Source of the DNA: Dehalococcoidia bacterium
GTDB taxonomy: Bacteria > Chloroflexota > Dehalococcoidia > UBA6926
Direction: 5' to 3'
Length of the DNA: 64,000 nucleotides
NCBI GenBank assembly: GCA_963666115.2
Contig: CAXXET010000003.1
Span: 1-64,000, forward strand
The notes under the pieces were generated by a model that did no database searches, was not told the origin of the DNA, and was given only the letters and a program-made list of their open reading frames with translations. Within the stretch, counting starts at the first letter, position 1, and every line of letters begins with the position of its first letter. This document shows positions 36,853-46,531 of the stretch, in pieces. A program made the translations under genes and the position numbers.

Positions 36853-39540
36853 CTACCCTCCCAGCACTATCCCCGCCACCGCCGCCAGCGCCTCATCCAA
36901 CTTGCTCGCATCGCGCCCCCCCGCTGAGGCAAAATCCTTGCGCCCCCCGCCGCCCCCGCCAACAATCTTCGCTGTCGTCGTCACGATTCGCCCCGCGTCA
37001 AAGCCGCCCCCCCGCGCCACAATATCCTCGCTGATCGCGCACACGAACGACGGCCTCCCGTCCACCTCCGCCCCAAGTAAAACAACCCCTGATCCCAACG
37101 CCGCCCGTGTCCTGTCCGCAACGTCCCGCAGCAGGTCCGCGTTCGCAATGCCCTCTGCCCGCGCCGAAAGCAGCGTCACCGGCGGCTCTCCCACCTGCAC
37201 CGCCTGCGGCAGCAGCGACTCAATCTGCGAACGCGCCCGTTCCCGCTCAAGCTCCTCGGTTCGACGACGCAGTCGTTCGGATTCCGCCGCCTGGTCCGCT
37301 ATCCGCGTCTCGATCTCCTCCACAGGAACCGTCAACTGCCGTGACAGCCGTTCGAGCACGGACATGCGGTCGCGCAGGAGTTGGTCCGCATTCGAGCCCG
37401 CCACCGCCTCCACACGCCGCATCCCCGCCCCGATGGAGCTTTCGCCAACGATGTAGATAAACCCGACTTCCCCCGTCGCGTGAACGTGCGTGCCCCCGCA
37501 CAACTCATGGCTGAACGGCGCGTCGTCGCCCTCTCCGTCGATGGATACCGTCCGCACCTCGCTGCCGTACCGGTCGCCGAAGAACGCCAGCGCCCCGGAC
37601 GCCAGCGCGTCTTGTATCGGCTGTGTCTCCGACTCCACAACGATGTTGCGAATCACCCGGGCGTTTACCGCGTGCGTGATCGCCGCAATCTCATGCTCGT
37701 TCAGCGATGCCGTATGCGAGAAATCAAACCGCAGATGATCCGGCGACACATACGACCCCGCCTGCCGCACGTGCCCGCCAAGCGTTGAACGCAGCGCAGC
37801 ATGGAGAAGGTGCGTCGCCGTGTGATGCCGTGTCGACTGCCCCCGCGCCGTCGGATCAACCTCAAGCGTCACCGCGTCCCCAATGCTGATAGTCCCTTCC
37901 TCCACTACGCCAATATGCACAATGAAATCAGGCCGCTCCCCAACAGGCCGCTGCGTGTCCGTAATCCGCACAAGCCCCGCAGGCCCGCGTATCGCGCCAA
38001 CGTCGCCCACCTGCCCGCCGCCCTCCGGGTAGAACGGTGTCCGCGCCGTCACGATCTCCACCTGCTGATGCTGCGAGGCCGACTCCGCCACGCCGCCGCC
38101 CACAATCAGTCCCGTAACGTTGCTCTCATCGCGCGCAGCCTCATAGCCGGTGAACTGTGTCGTCAGGCTCGAAAGCAGCCGGTACGCCTCCGATCCCTCG
38201 TCGCCGCCGCCGAACGTCGTCGCCGCCCTGCCCCGCGCCCGCTGCGCCTCCATCTCCTGCTCGAAACTGTCGCGGTCGACGCTCATCCCCCGATCCAGCG
38301 CGATCTCCTCCGCAAGCTCCACTGGAAAGCCGTAGGTGTCATACAGCCGGAAGAGCGCGTCGCCCGGCACAACGGATTCGCCCTCTGTCTCCATCCGCGC
38401 CGTCACTTCATCCAGCAGCGCAGTCCCCACGGAAAGCGTCCGCTGGAATTGTTCTTCCTCCCGCGTCACTGTCTGCACAATGTGGTCGCGAGCATCATTG
38501 AGCGCCGGATACGCGGGCGCCATCAACGGAATCACCGCCTCCGTGATGATCCGGCCCAGGAACGGCTCGTTCACGCCCAGGCTCTGCGCGAACCGGATGC
38601 CCCGCCGCAGCATCCGCCGCAGCACGTACCCGCGTCCCTCGTTCCCCGGTGTCACGCCGTCCATGATCAAAAACGCGCCGGACCGCGCGTGTTCCGCCAT
38701 CACCCGCAGCGCCCGATCCGTCTCCCCGTCCGTCCCGTATTCCGTTCCCGCAATAGACGCTGCGGACGCGATGAGCGGCTGGAACAAATCGGTCGAATAA
38801 ATATTCTCCGCGCGCTGGATGATCGCCGCCAGCCGCTCCAGCCCCATGCCCGTGTCGATATTCTTCTTCTCAAGCGGCGTCCGTGAGCCGTCCTCTGCCT
38901 GGTCGAACTCCATGAAAACGAGGTTCCATATCTCCACGAACCGGCCGCATTCGCAGTTCGGCCCGCAGTCCTCCTCCTCGCACTGCGCCCCCGGCCCCAG
39001 GTCGTAGTGAATCTCGGAGCATGGTCCGCACGGCCCGCTCGTCCCCGCCGGCCCCCACCAGTTGTCGGACGCCCCAAACCGCCGGATGCGTTCCGCCGGC
39101 ACCCCCGTCTGCTCCCAGAGTCGCGCCGCCTCATCGTCGTCCGTGTAGACCGTTGCCCACAGCTGATCCGGGTTCAGCCCCAGGTGCTGCGTACACAGTT
39201 CCCACGCATGCTCGATTGCGCCCTGCTTGAAATAATCCCCGAACGAGAAATTGCCAAGCATCTCGAAGAACGTCAGGTGAGTCGTATCCCCAACCTCGCC
39301 GATGTCCGTCGTCCGAAAAGACTTCTGCACCGTCGTCAGCCTCTGGTTGGGCGGCGCCGATTGCCCCAAAAAATACGGCTTGAACTGCACCATGCCCGCC
39401 GTCGTGAACAACAGCGTCGGATCATCCTGCGGCACAAGCGACGACGACGGCATCCGGGAGTGCCCCTTCGACTCGAAAAAGCTCAAAAACAGCTCCCGCA
39501 GCTCCGGCCCCGTCCAATACCGCAAACCTTCACCCGTCAT
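36853..39540 (-). CDS. alaS: alanine--tRNA ligase
   Basis: DPTLLFTTAGMVQFK, HLTFFEMLGNFSFGDYFK, DTGMGLERL, HTATHLLH, ELCGGTH. Confidence 0.97.
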   Translation of the reverse strand: MTGEGLRYWTGPELRELFLSFFESKGHSRMPSSSLVPQDDPTLLFTTAGMVQFKPYFLGQSAPPNQRLTTVQKSFRTTDIGEVGDTTHLTFFEMLGNFSFGDYFKQGAIEHAWELCTQHLGLNPDQLWATVYTDDDEAARLWEQTGVPAERIRRFGASDNWWGPAGTSGPCGPCSEIHYDLGPGAQCEEEDCGPNCECGRFVEIWNLVFMEFDQAEDGSRTPLEKKNIDTGMGLERLAAIIQRAENIYSTDLFQPLIASAASIAGTEYGTDGETDRALRVMAEHARSGAFLIMDGVTPGNEGRGYVLRRMLRRGIRFAQSLGVNEPFLGRIITEAVIPLMAPAYPALNDARDHIVQTVTREEEQFQRTLSVGTALLDEVTARMETEGESVVPGDALFRLYDTYGFPVELAEEIALDRGMSVDRDSFEQEMEAQRARGRAATTFGGGDEGSEAYRLLSSLTTQFTGYEAARDESNVTGLIVGGGVAESASQHQQVEIVTARTPFYPEGGGQVGDVGAIRGPAGLVRITDTQRPVGERPDFIVHIGVVEEGTISIGDAVTLEVDPTARGQSTRHHTATHLLHAALRSTLGGHVRQAGSYVSPDHLRFDFSHTASLNEHEIAAITHAVNARVIRNIVVESETQPIQDALASGALAFFGDRYGSEVRTVSIDGEGDDAPFSHELCGGTHVHATGEVGFIYIVGESSIGAGMRRVEAVAGSNADQLLRDRMSVLERLSRQLTVPVEEIETRIADQAAESERLRRRTEELERERARSQIESLLPQAVQVGEPPVTLLSARAEGIANADLLRDVADRTRAALGSGVVLLGAEVDGRPSFVCAISEDIVARGGGFDAGRIVTTTAKIVGGGGGGRKDFASAGGRDASKLDEALAAVAGIVLGG

Positions 39541-39627
39541 AACGTGCCATTCTCTCCATATCGGTGTCGTGTCATCCCATTGTAGCCGAGCATCCCGCCG
39601 CCCCCCCGTTCACCCTATACTCAATTC

Positions 39628-41013
39628 ATGGACTACTCCCAAGCCGTCGCCTGGCTCCTCAACATGACCAATTTTGAGCGCCCCGTCGCGCCCCCGGACC
39701 CCGCCGACACCACCAACCCCCACACCCCCATCGCAGCCCGCCGCTGGAACCTCGACCGCGTCCATGAACTCCTCCGCCGCCTCGATAACCCACACCTCGG
39801 CCCCGTCACCCTCCACGTCGCGGGCACGAAGGGCAAGGGCAGCACCTGCGCCCTGCTCGCCGCCGCTCTCACCACCTGCGGCTACCACACCGGTTTATTC
39901 ACTTCCCCCCACCTCCACACCATCCGCGAGCGCATCGCCGTCAACGGCTACCCCTGTTCGGAGCAGGATTTCATCGACGCCGCCGCCATCGTCAAACCCG
40001 CCGTGGACGCGGTAAACGACGACGGTTCGTTCGGCAGCATCACCACGTTCGAGGCGCTAACGGCGATGGCGTTCGTCGCCTTTCGAGCGCAGAACGTCGA
40101 AGTGCAGGTCATCGAGGTCGGTCTCGGTGGCCGACTCGACTCCACAAACGTCGTCGAACCCGCCGTCACGGGCATCACGTCCATCAGCCTCGACCACGAG
40201 GCCTTTCTCGGCTCGACGATCCGTGAAATCGCAACGGAAAAGGCGGGCATCATCAAACCCGGCATCCCCGTCGTCTCCGCCCCCCAGGAGTCCGACGCCG
40301 CCGACGTTATTATCGCCAGGGCTGATGAGCTTGCCGCCCCCCTCACCCTCCTCCGCCGCGACATCTTCTGGCGGCGCGAGTTTGCCAGCGCGTCCGGCCA
40401 GGATTTCAAAATGTGGGGCAGCATCGGCGACCGCCCAATTGAACACAACCTCCGCACAAGCCTGCTCGGCGAGCATCAGCTTGAGAATGCCTCCCTCGCC
40501 ATGTCCATGCTGGAGCGCCTCCGCGACCTCCACTACCCAGTCCCCTACGATGACACCTACACCGGTTTCAGCGGCGTCCGTTGGCCCGGCCGCATGGAAA
40601 TCCTCAGCGAGTCGCCCCTGATCGTGGCGGATGGTGCCCACAACCCCTATTCCGCAACGCGGCTGGCTGAGACAATAAGGGAGACGTTTCCGGGACGTGA
40701 GGTGCAGCTTGTGCTCGGCGCCGCATCGGACAAGGACGTAAGCGGCATTGCGCGGGAGATCGGCGTCGTTGCAACAGGCGCGTTCGCAACATCCTCCCGC
40801 AGCCCGCGCTCCATGTCCCCGGATGACGTAGCGGATACACTATGGGAGGCGGGAGTTCCCGTGCGGCCGGAAAAGACAGTCGCGGCGGCCATCGAACGCG
40901 CGAAACTGGAGGGCGGCCCCGGGTCGCTCATTCTCGTCACGGGGTCGCTGTTCGTCGTGGCTGAGGCGCGGGAGCACGTGCTCGGCGTCGCGCCGGACGA
41001 GTCCGCCTACTGA
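39628..41013 (+). CDS. folC: folylpolyglutamate synthase/dihydrofolate synthase
   Basis: HVAGTKGKGST, TSPHL, EVGLGGRLDSTN, WPGRME, DGAHN. Confidence 0.95.
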   Translation: MDYSQAVAWLLNMTNFERPVAPPDPADTTNPHTPIAARRWNLDRVHELLRRLDNPHLGPVTLHVAGTKGKGSTCALLAAALTTCGYHTGLFTSPHLHTIRERIAVNGYPCSEQDFIDAAAIVKPAVDAVNDDGSFGSITTFEALTAMAFVAFRAQNVEVQVIEVGLGGRLDSTNVVEPAVTGITSISLDHEAFLGSTIREIATEKAGIIKPGIPVVSAPQESDAADVIIARADELAAPLTLLRRDIFWRREFASASGQDFKMWGSIGDRPIEHNLRTSLLGEHQLENASLAMSMLERLRDLHYPVPYDDTYTGFSGVRWPGRMEILSESPLIVADGAHNPYSATRLAETIRETFPGREVQLVLGAASDKDVSGIAREIGVVATGAFATSSRSPRSMSPDDVADTLWEAGVPVRPEKTVAAAIERAKLEGGPGSLILVTGSLFVVAEAREHVLGVAPDESAY

Positions 41014-41061
41014 GCGCGGGCATCTCGGCAGAGAAGAGACGGAGAGGAAGGAGAACAGGGA

Positions 41062-42321
41062 ATGGCAGCGCAGGACCGCACAGCGGATCAGCGGGTGGTC
41101 GTAACGGGCATGGGCGCCCTCACACCCCTCGGCAACTCGATTGACGAATACTGGAACGGCCTCGTCTCAGGAACAAGCGGCATCAACTATATCGAGAGCT
41201 TCGACGCGTCGGAGTTCCCCTGCGTCGTCGCCGGTGAAGTCCACAATTTCGACGCCAGCGAGTACATGCCCGCCAAGCAGGTGCGCCGGCTCGCCCGCTT
41301 CTCACAGCTCGCCGTCGCGGCCTCCCGACAGGCCATCGATGACGCCGGCATTGACCTTGAAACCGCGGACGTGGAGCGCATCGGCGTCCTCCTCGGCAAC
41401 GGCATCGGCAGCTACCCGGACACCGAGGAGCAGAGCAAGGTCTTCTATGAGCGCGGATGGAGCAAGGTCAGCCCCATCTATATGTCCAAGATGCTCCCCA
41501 ACATGGCCGCCGCGAACGTCGCGATGGCCCTCGGCCTCGTCGGCTATAACAACACCGTCATCACCGCATGCGCCGCCGGCACGCAGGCAATCGGCGACGC
41601 TGCCGACATGATCCGCGCCGGCCGCGCCGACGTCATCATCTCCGGCGGCTCCGAATCCTCCATCTGCGCCCAGGGCCTTGCCGCCTTCTGCGCCATGCGC
41701 GCCCTCTCCCAGCGCAAGGACGACCCGCACGGCGCGTCACGCCCATTCGATTCCGACCGCGATGGCTTCGTGCCGACGGAGGCCGCTGGCATTCTCGTCC
41801 TTGAATCGCTCTCACACGCCCAGGCGCGCGGCGCGACCATCTACGCCGAAGTCGCCGGCTACGGAGCCTCCAATGACGCCTTCGATTTCGTCCAGCCGCG
41901 CGATGACGGCGCGGGAGCGGCCAGGACAATGCGATGGGCCCTCGACGACGCCGGCATCGACCCCTCAGAGATCAGCTACATCAACGCCCACGGCACGTCG
42001 ACCCCGCTCGGCGACGCTGCGGAAACCACCGCCATCAAGGCCGTCTTCGGCGACCGCGCCTATGAGATTCCGGTCAGTTCCACCAAGTCCATGATCGGGC
42101 ACGCCCTAGGCGCGGCGGGCGGCGTGGAGGGCATCGCAGTAGTCAAGTCCATCCAGACCGGCAAAATCCACCCCACCATCAACCTCCAAACCCCTGACCC
42201 CGCCTGCGACCTCGACTACGTCCCCAACGAAGCGAGAGACGCCGATGTCCGCGTAGCCCTATCCAACAGCTTCGGCTTCGGAGGCCAAAACGCCTGCGTA
42301 GTCTTCACCAAAATGAACTAG
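41062..42321 (+). CDS. fabF: beta-ketoacyl-ACP synthase II
   Basis: RVVVTGMG, TACAAG, YINAHGTST, KSMIGH, NSFGFGG. Confidence 0.95.
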   Translation: MAAQDRTADQRVVVTGMGALTPLGNSIDEYWNGLVSGTSGINYIESFDASEFPCVVAGEVHNFDASEYMPAKQVRRLARFSQLAVAASRQAIDDAGIDLETADVERIGVLLGNGIGSYPDTEEQSKVFYERGWSKVSPIYMSKMLPNMAAANVAMALGLVGYNNTVITACAAGTQAIGDAADMIRAGRADVIISGGSESSICAQGLAAFCAMRALSQRKDDPHGASRPFDSDRDGFVPTEAAGILVLESLSHAQARGATIYAEVAGYGASNDAFDFVQPRDDGAGAARTMRWALDDAGIDPSEISYINAHGTSTPLGDAAETTAIKAVFGDRAYEIPVSSTKSMIGHALGAAGGVEGIAVVKSIQTGKIHPTINLQTPDPACDLDYVPNEARDADVRVALSNSFGFGGQNACVVFTKMN

Positions 42322-45300
42322 GCATTCACGTCCGTCCGCGTATCCCCTGCCGCAAGCGCGTCCATATACGCCAGGACCATGTCGCGCGTGCGGTAGCGCC
42401 CGAACTCCTTGCGGTCGTTTCGCTCCACGATGGGGAACGTGCTGAGAATGTAATCGGCGTTGTCCTTCGAGATGCCGTAGAGGTGGAAGTAGAGCGCGTC
42501 GAGGCGCGCCCGCAGGTGGCGGCGCTCCTCCTCGTCCCACGTGAACGGCGCCCCGTCGTAGCCCAGGTCCTTGGCAAACGGCGCCATGTCATGCGCGGTA
42601 TACGTCAGCCGCAGCACGTGGTCCCGAACGAGGTCGCGGGCGGTCATATCGCCAAACTGCCGGTCATAGCCATCAGGAGCAATGACGGGCAATTGCTCAA
42701 GGATGTATAGATTCAGCGTCTGCCCCTGCAATTTCTGTCTTGTCACAAAGTCAAAGCCGACTGCGTTTAGGTTGGCCGCAAGCAGCCACTCCTCCCTATC
42801 GTGCACCTCTGGCCGTAGAATCGGCACTTTATTGCCAAATCCGACGGTCGGAAAGAGGGCCGCGATAAATGTACGGATATTCGTTGGGGCGGTTATTTCC
42901 TTGAACCCCATCACCCATTCGACGTCTGAACCCCAATCGCACTCAGATGCTGGCACCCAAAACTGAGGCGCAGGCAACCAATCAGGGTTGACGTGTTCAT
43001 CGAGAGTTGCGTCACGCGGTTGGGCAGGGCGATTCAGGTTCTCAGGGTTCACGACCACGCTCGCCGCGCGGTGGTCATAAGCCTGCACCATCTTGCCCTC
43101 ATACAGTGGCAGGTAAACCTCCTCGCCTCTCTGCCACCGGTTGCCGTTCACAGGGTAGAAACCCTCGGCCTGCAACTGAGTCGCTGTCCTGAAGAGACGG
43201 GAGTCGTTGGTCATGTCAAACATCCGCACGTAGCGCACGGGCCATGCCTTTCGCTCCTCGCCGCCTGAGCGATCAACAAGAACCGGATGCCGCTCATAGA
43301 TGCCCCGCGTGATCTCGGCATCGCGTCTGGTGCGAAATATGGGCGCGGTGCCCGTATTCGGATTTACCCGTGCGAAATCAGCAGGCGCAAGCGGGAACGA
43401 GCCGTCAGGGTCATCAATGGTCTCCGTGTGGTGCAGAAAGAACGCTGCCCGAGCCTCAGGGAATGTCCGGCTCTCGCCGCCGAATACCAGGGCGCAGAAC
43501 TTGAATGAGGCGTGAACATCCTTGAAGAAGATCTTCCTGTTCTCAAAATCGTACAGCCCGCCAAGCCGTCCGCTCGTGGCAATCCGCTTGAAGAAATCGG
43601 CGGCATTCTTATCCCCGTAGATGCCTGAGGGAGTCAGCAGGCCGACAATGCCGTCCGGCTTCACAAGGCTCATCGCACGCTCCACGAAGAGCGAATACAG
43701 GTTGATATCGCCCTGCCCCAGCAGCGGATAGTGGCCCGAACTGCGAACGACCGCGCTGAGAATATCTGCGCGCTCCTTTGCGGCATCGAATTCGTCCGCA
43801 AGCGGGGATTCCTGTTCCCGCAGCCGCTCGATGGCGGCTTTCCGCGCCGCCGCGGTCGGCGCGCGCGCCGCCTCCGGCATCCGCGTCGCGAACCATTCGA
43901 CCTCCTGGAGCTTGATGCGCTCCCACGGCGGGTTGCCGATCACCGCGTCGAAGCCGCCCTGTAAATCCGGCTCATGCCAATTTCTCCAAACGGTGGGAAA
44001 GGCCGTCTCCCAGTGAATGAATCCCTCGTCGGCTGCAACCGCCCGCGATTCATGCCACATGGCCTTGATGTCTTCGGGGGCAGGGTCGCTGTCCTGAGGC
44101 GGCTTCGTCAGAAACTCATATTCGCCCTTGCGGGCCGTTCTCAACGCCTCGGACAACTGCTCCCCGTAGTGAGCGCGTTCACCCCTGGTCAGGCGCGTGT
44201 TCTTCCAGTCTGCGCCTGAGAAGTAATCGAGCATTCCGCGAAGGTCTGCCGTCGCGGCTTCGGAGCGGCTGAACCACCCCGCTGATTCATAAACACCCCC
44301 AATATCAAGGTCCTCGGCTGTCTCAACATCGCGCGTGGCGCTGGAGGACTCGCGCTCTGCCCTCCCGACTGCATCCCGCGCATTCACTTGTCCTTTATCG
44401 CCCACGCGCGCCATCCCTTCGCTCACGCGCAACCCCAGCAGGGAGTCGCCGCGACGCAGATGATGGTCCAGGAAGGACAGCGGTACGCCCACCGTGAAGC
44501 TGTGCAGCCACAACGACACCTTGGCAAGTTCCACCGCCAGGGGATTCTTGTCCACCCCGTAGATGCAACTCTTGAGCACCAGTCGGCGGATGAGCGCCTG
44601 GTCGGTCAACTGCGATTCGTCAAGCGCCCAATTCGACTCGCGCGCTCCCCTGAGGATCCGTTCGCGCATGTCGTCGATGCGCGCGACGAGCGGCGAGACA
44701 TACGCCGCTTCCGGCCAATCCGGCACGGCCGGCGCGTACTCGACCAGGTCGGCGATATAATCAGTCAGGTAGTCGGCGGCTGAGACGAGAAAATGCCCGC
44801 TGCCCATCGCAGGGTCCAGCACTCTGAGTTGCAGTGCCGCCTCCGCAGGATCGATCTTTCTGAGCTCTTCATCCCGCGAAATGATGCCGTTGCTCTCCTT
44901 CGCCAACCGCTTTGCCTCGGTCTCAAATGTGTCCAGTCGTTCCTCGATCAGCGGCCCAAGGGTGCGATCGACAACAAGATCAACGAGTTCCTGCGGTGTG
45001 TAGTAGCTGCCGGAGTCCTTGCGGGCATAGGGATTCGGACGAATGGTAACGACGCCGTCGGCGTCTCGCTTCGGTTCTCGTTCCAGCAAGCGCTCGTAAA
45101 TCGACCCAAGTTGCTGAACGGACAGGTCGCGGTAATTCACGAACTGCGGCGCGCCGCCGGAATCTGTCGTGTGAGAGAGGCGATAGACGATTTCGGCCAC
45201 AACGCTGTCCGGAAGCTGCAAAGATTGCAGGAGGCGGGCCCCACGATTCTCCTGGGGGTAAAACAGGCCGCCGTTGTACGCGGGCAAGCCGATGGATTCA

Positions 45301-46493
45301 TCCCCCTTGTCAATCTGGCCAAAGAGCCTCGCCAAAGCGCTGTAGTACGTGTCGGCCTGCCCGGAAAACGCCGCTCCTTCCCGTTTCTTTACGGCGACGT
45401 CGTCACGTACAACCCTGCGTAAGCTGTAATTCCCATAGCGATCGTCGTTGACGGGCAATAGGCCGCGGTCCTCCGCATACAGTACGAAGAGCAGGCGATA
45501 CAGGAGAACGAGGGCGCTATCGCGGATGTCAGTGAGGTCGGCGTCCGGCGCCTGCTCGGCAAGCGCGCTGACGAGCCGCGGAAATGCGTCGTCGAATACG
45601 ACCCTGGACAAATCCTCGGCAACGCGCTGCTCGTACCGCCTGCCCTCCTCGATGGCCGCGACAAGGAAGCTTGTGGTCGCGCCCCGCTGCGGCGAAAATG
45701 ATTCCCGCCGAAAAAACAGGTGAAAGAGACGAACCACGTCGCGCGCAGCGGAATCGTCGGTGTCATCGCCAAACAGGGAAGTCTGGATTCTCCCGTCGCC
45801 GTTCGGCTCCTGGAAGGCCTCCCGGAGATTGACCTCAAAATACGCGGTGGCGCGGGGACGTGTCTCGTAATCGTAAAGTCGCCACACACCGCCGTCCGTC
45901 AGCATCCCCCACCGTATGCCGCCCTCCGGCAGCCTATCGTCAGCTTGCCTGAGGTAATGAAGAATCTGGCCGTGAGGAGTGCGGCGAAGTACGCGCCGGG
46001 TCGTTCGCCTGCTGCCGTCCGGTCCGTTGACTGACGCGTCCCCGTCGAAGAGCGGCATGACCCGTCCGTTGGGGTCGTCCCGTTCCTCCACGTCCTCTGA
46101 CTCTGATGCCCGTGCGTCCAGGTTTGTGCCCGCCCGCTTGCTTTCCTCTACCACGACGGCATCCCGGAAACGGTCATCGGCGTTGCCCCGCCCGGCCGCC
46201 GCCGCGCGGGTTTCCTCGTTGTCATACAGCAGCAAGTCCGGGTAATCGCGCCCCCCGGCCATACTCTGTTGGGGAAGACTGTGCTCCCATCCCAACAGCC
46301 GCAGAATGGGGATGATCAACTCCTGCTCGGTTGTGGCCTCATTAGGCTCAAAATGCGACTGGAACCTGCGGAAGAGTCCTCTCAGTTCTTTCTCAAAGTC
46401 AGCGAGGCCGGCCTCAGATTCTCGCCATTCCGACGTTCCCCTGATGCCTTCGCGCAGGAAGTAATCGGTAAATAACTGACCGCTCATGGTCAC
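42318..46493 (-). CDS. type IIG (Eco57I-like) fused restriction endonuclease / N6-adenine methyltransferase
   Basis: PD..(E)ESK nuclease-like N-terminus, GSYYTP, LDPAMGSGHFL (motif I), GNPPW (motif IV), C-terminal TRD; 1391 aa. Confidence 0.88.
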   Translation of the reverse strand: MTMSGQLFTDYFLREGIRGTSEWRESEAGLADFEKELRGLFRRFQSHFEPNEATTEQELIIPILRLLGWEHSLPQQSMAGGRDYPDLLLYDNEETRAAAAGRGNADDRFRDAVVVEESKRAGTNLDARASESEDVEERDDPNGRVMPLFDGDASVNGPDGSRRTTRRVLRRTPHGQILHYLRQADDRLPEGGIRWGMLTDGGVWRLYDYETRPRATAYFEVNLREAFQEPNGDGRIQTSLFGDDTDDSAARDVVRLFHLFFRRESFSPQRGATTSFLVAAIEEGRRYEQRVAEDLSRVVFDDAFPRLVSALAEQAPDADLTDIRDSALVLLYRLLFVLYAEDRGLLPVNDDRYGNYSLRRVVRDDVAVKKREGAAFSGQADTYYSALARLFGQIDKGDESIGLPAYNGGLFYPQENRGARLLQSLQLPDSVVAEIVYRLSHTTDSGGAPQFVNYRDLSVQQLGSIYERLLEREPKRDADGVVTIRPNPYARKDSGSYYTPQELVDLVVDRTLGPLIEERLDTFETEAKRLAKESNGIISRDEELRKIDPAEAALQLRVLDPAMGSGHFLVSAADYLTDYIADLVEYAPAVPDWPEAAYVSPLVARIDDMRERILRGARESNWALDESQLTDQALIRRLVLKSCIYGVDKNPLAVELAKVSLWLHSFTVGVPLSFLDHHLRRGDSLLGLRVSEGMARVGDKGQVNARDAVGRAERESSSATRDVETAEDLDIGGVYESAGWFSRSEAATADLRGMLDYFSGADWKNTRLTRGERAHYGEQLSEALRTARKGEYEFLTKPPQDSDPAPEDIKAMWHESRAVAADEGFIHWETAFPTVWRNWHEPDLQGGFDAVIGNPPWERIKLQEVEWFATRMPEAARAPTAAARKAAIERLREQESPLADEFDAAKERADILSAVVRSSGHYPLLGQGDINLYSLFVERAMSLVKPDGIVGLLTPSGIYGDKNAADFFKRIATSGRLGGLYDFENRKIFFKDVHASFKFCALVFGGESRTFPEARAAFFLHHTETIDDPDGSFPLAPADFARVNPNTGTAPIFRTRRDAEITRGIYERHPVLVDRSGGEERKAWPVRYVRMFDMTNDSRLFRTATQLQAEGFYPVNGNRWQRGEEVYLPLYEGKMVQAYDHRAASVVVNPENLNRPAQPRDATLDEHVNPDWLPAPQFWVPASECDWGSDVEWVMGFKEITAPTNIRTFIAALFPTVGFGNKVPILRPEVHDREEWLLAANLNAVGFDFVTRQKLQGQTLNLYILEQLPVIAPDGYDRQFGDMTARDLVRDHVLRLTYTAHDMAPFAKDLGYDGAPFTWDEEERRHLRARLDALYFHLYGISKDNADYILSTFPIVERNDRKEFGRYRTRDMVLAYMDALAAGDTRTDVNA

Positions 46494-46531
46494 TAGTGTG
46501 GCGCGCCCATGCCCCCCTGTCTATCGCCGCC

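Noticed and set aside
42316-46498. ACTAG at both ends of the R-M gene as a target-site duplication
   Set aside because: Only 5 bp, it overlaps stop codons, and there is no transposase or terminal inverted repeat.
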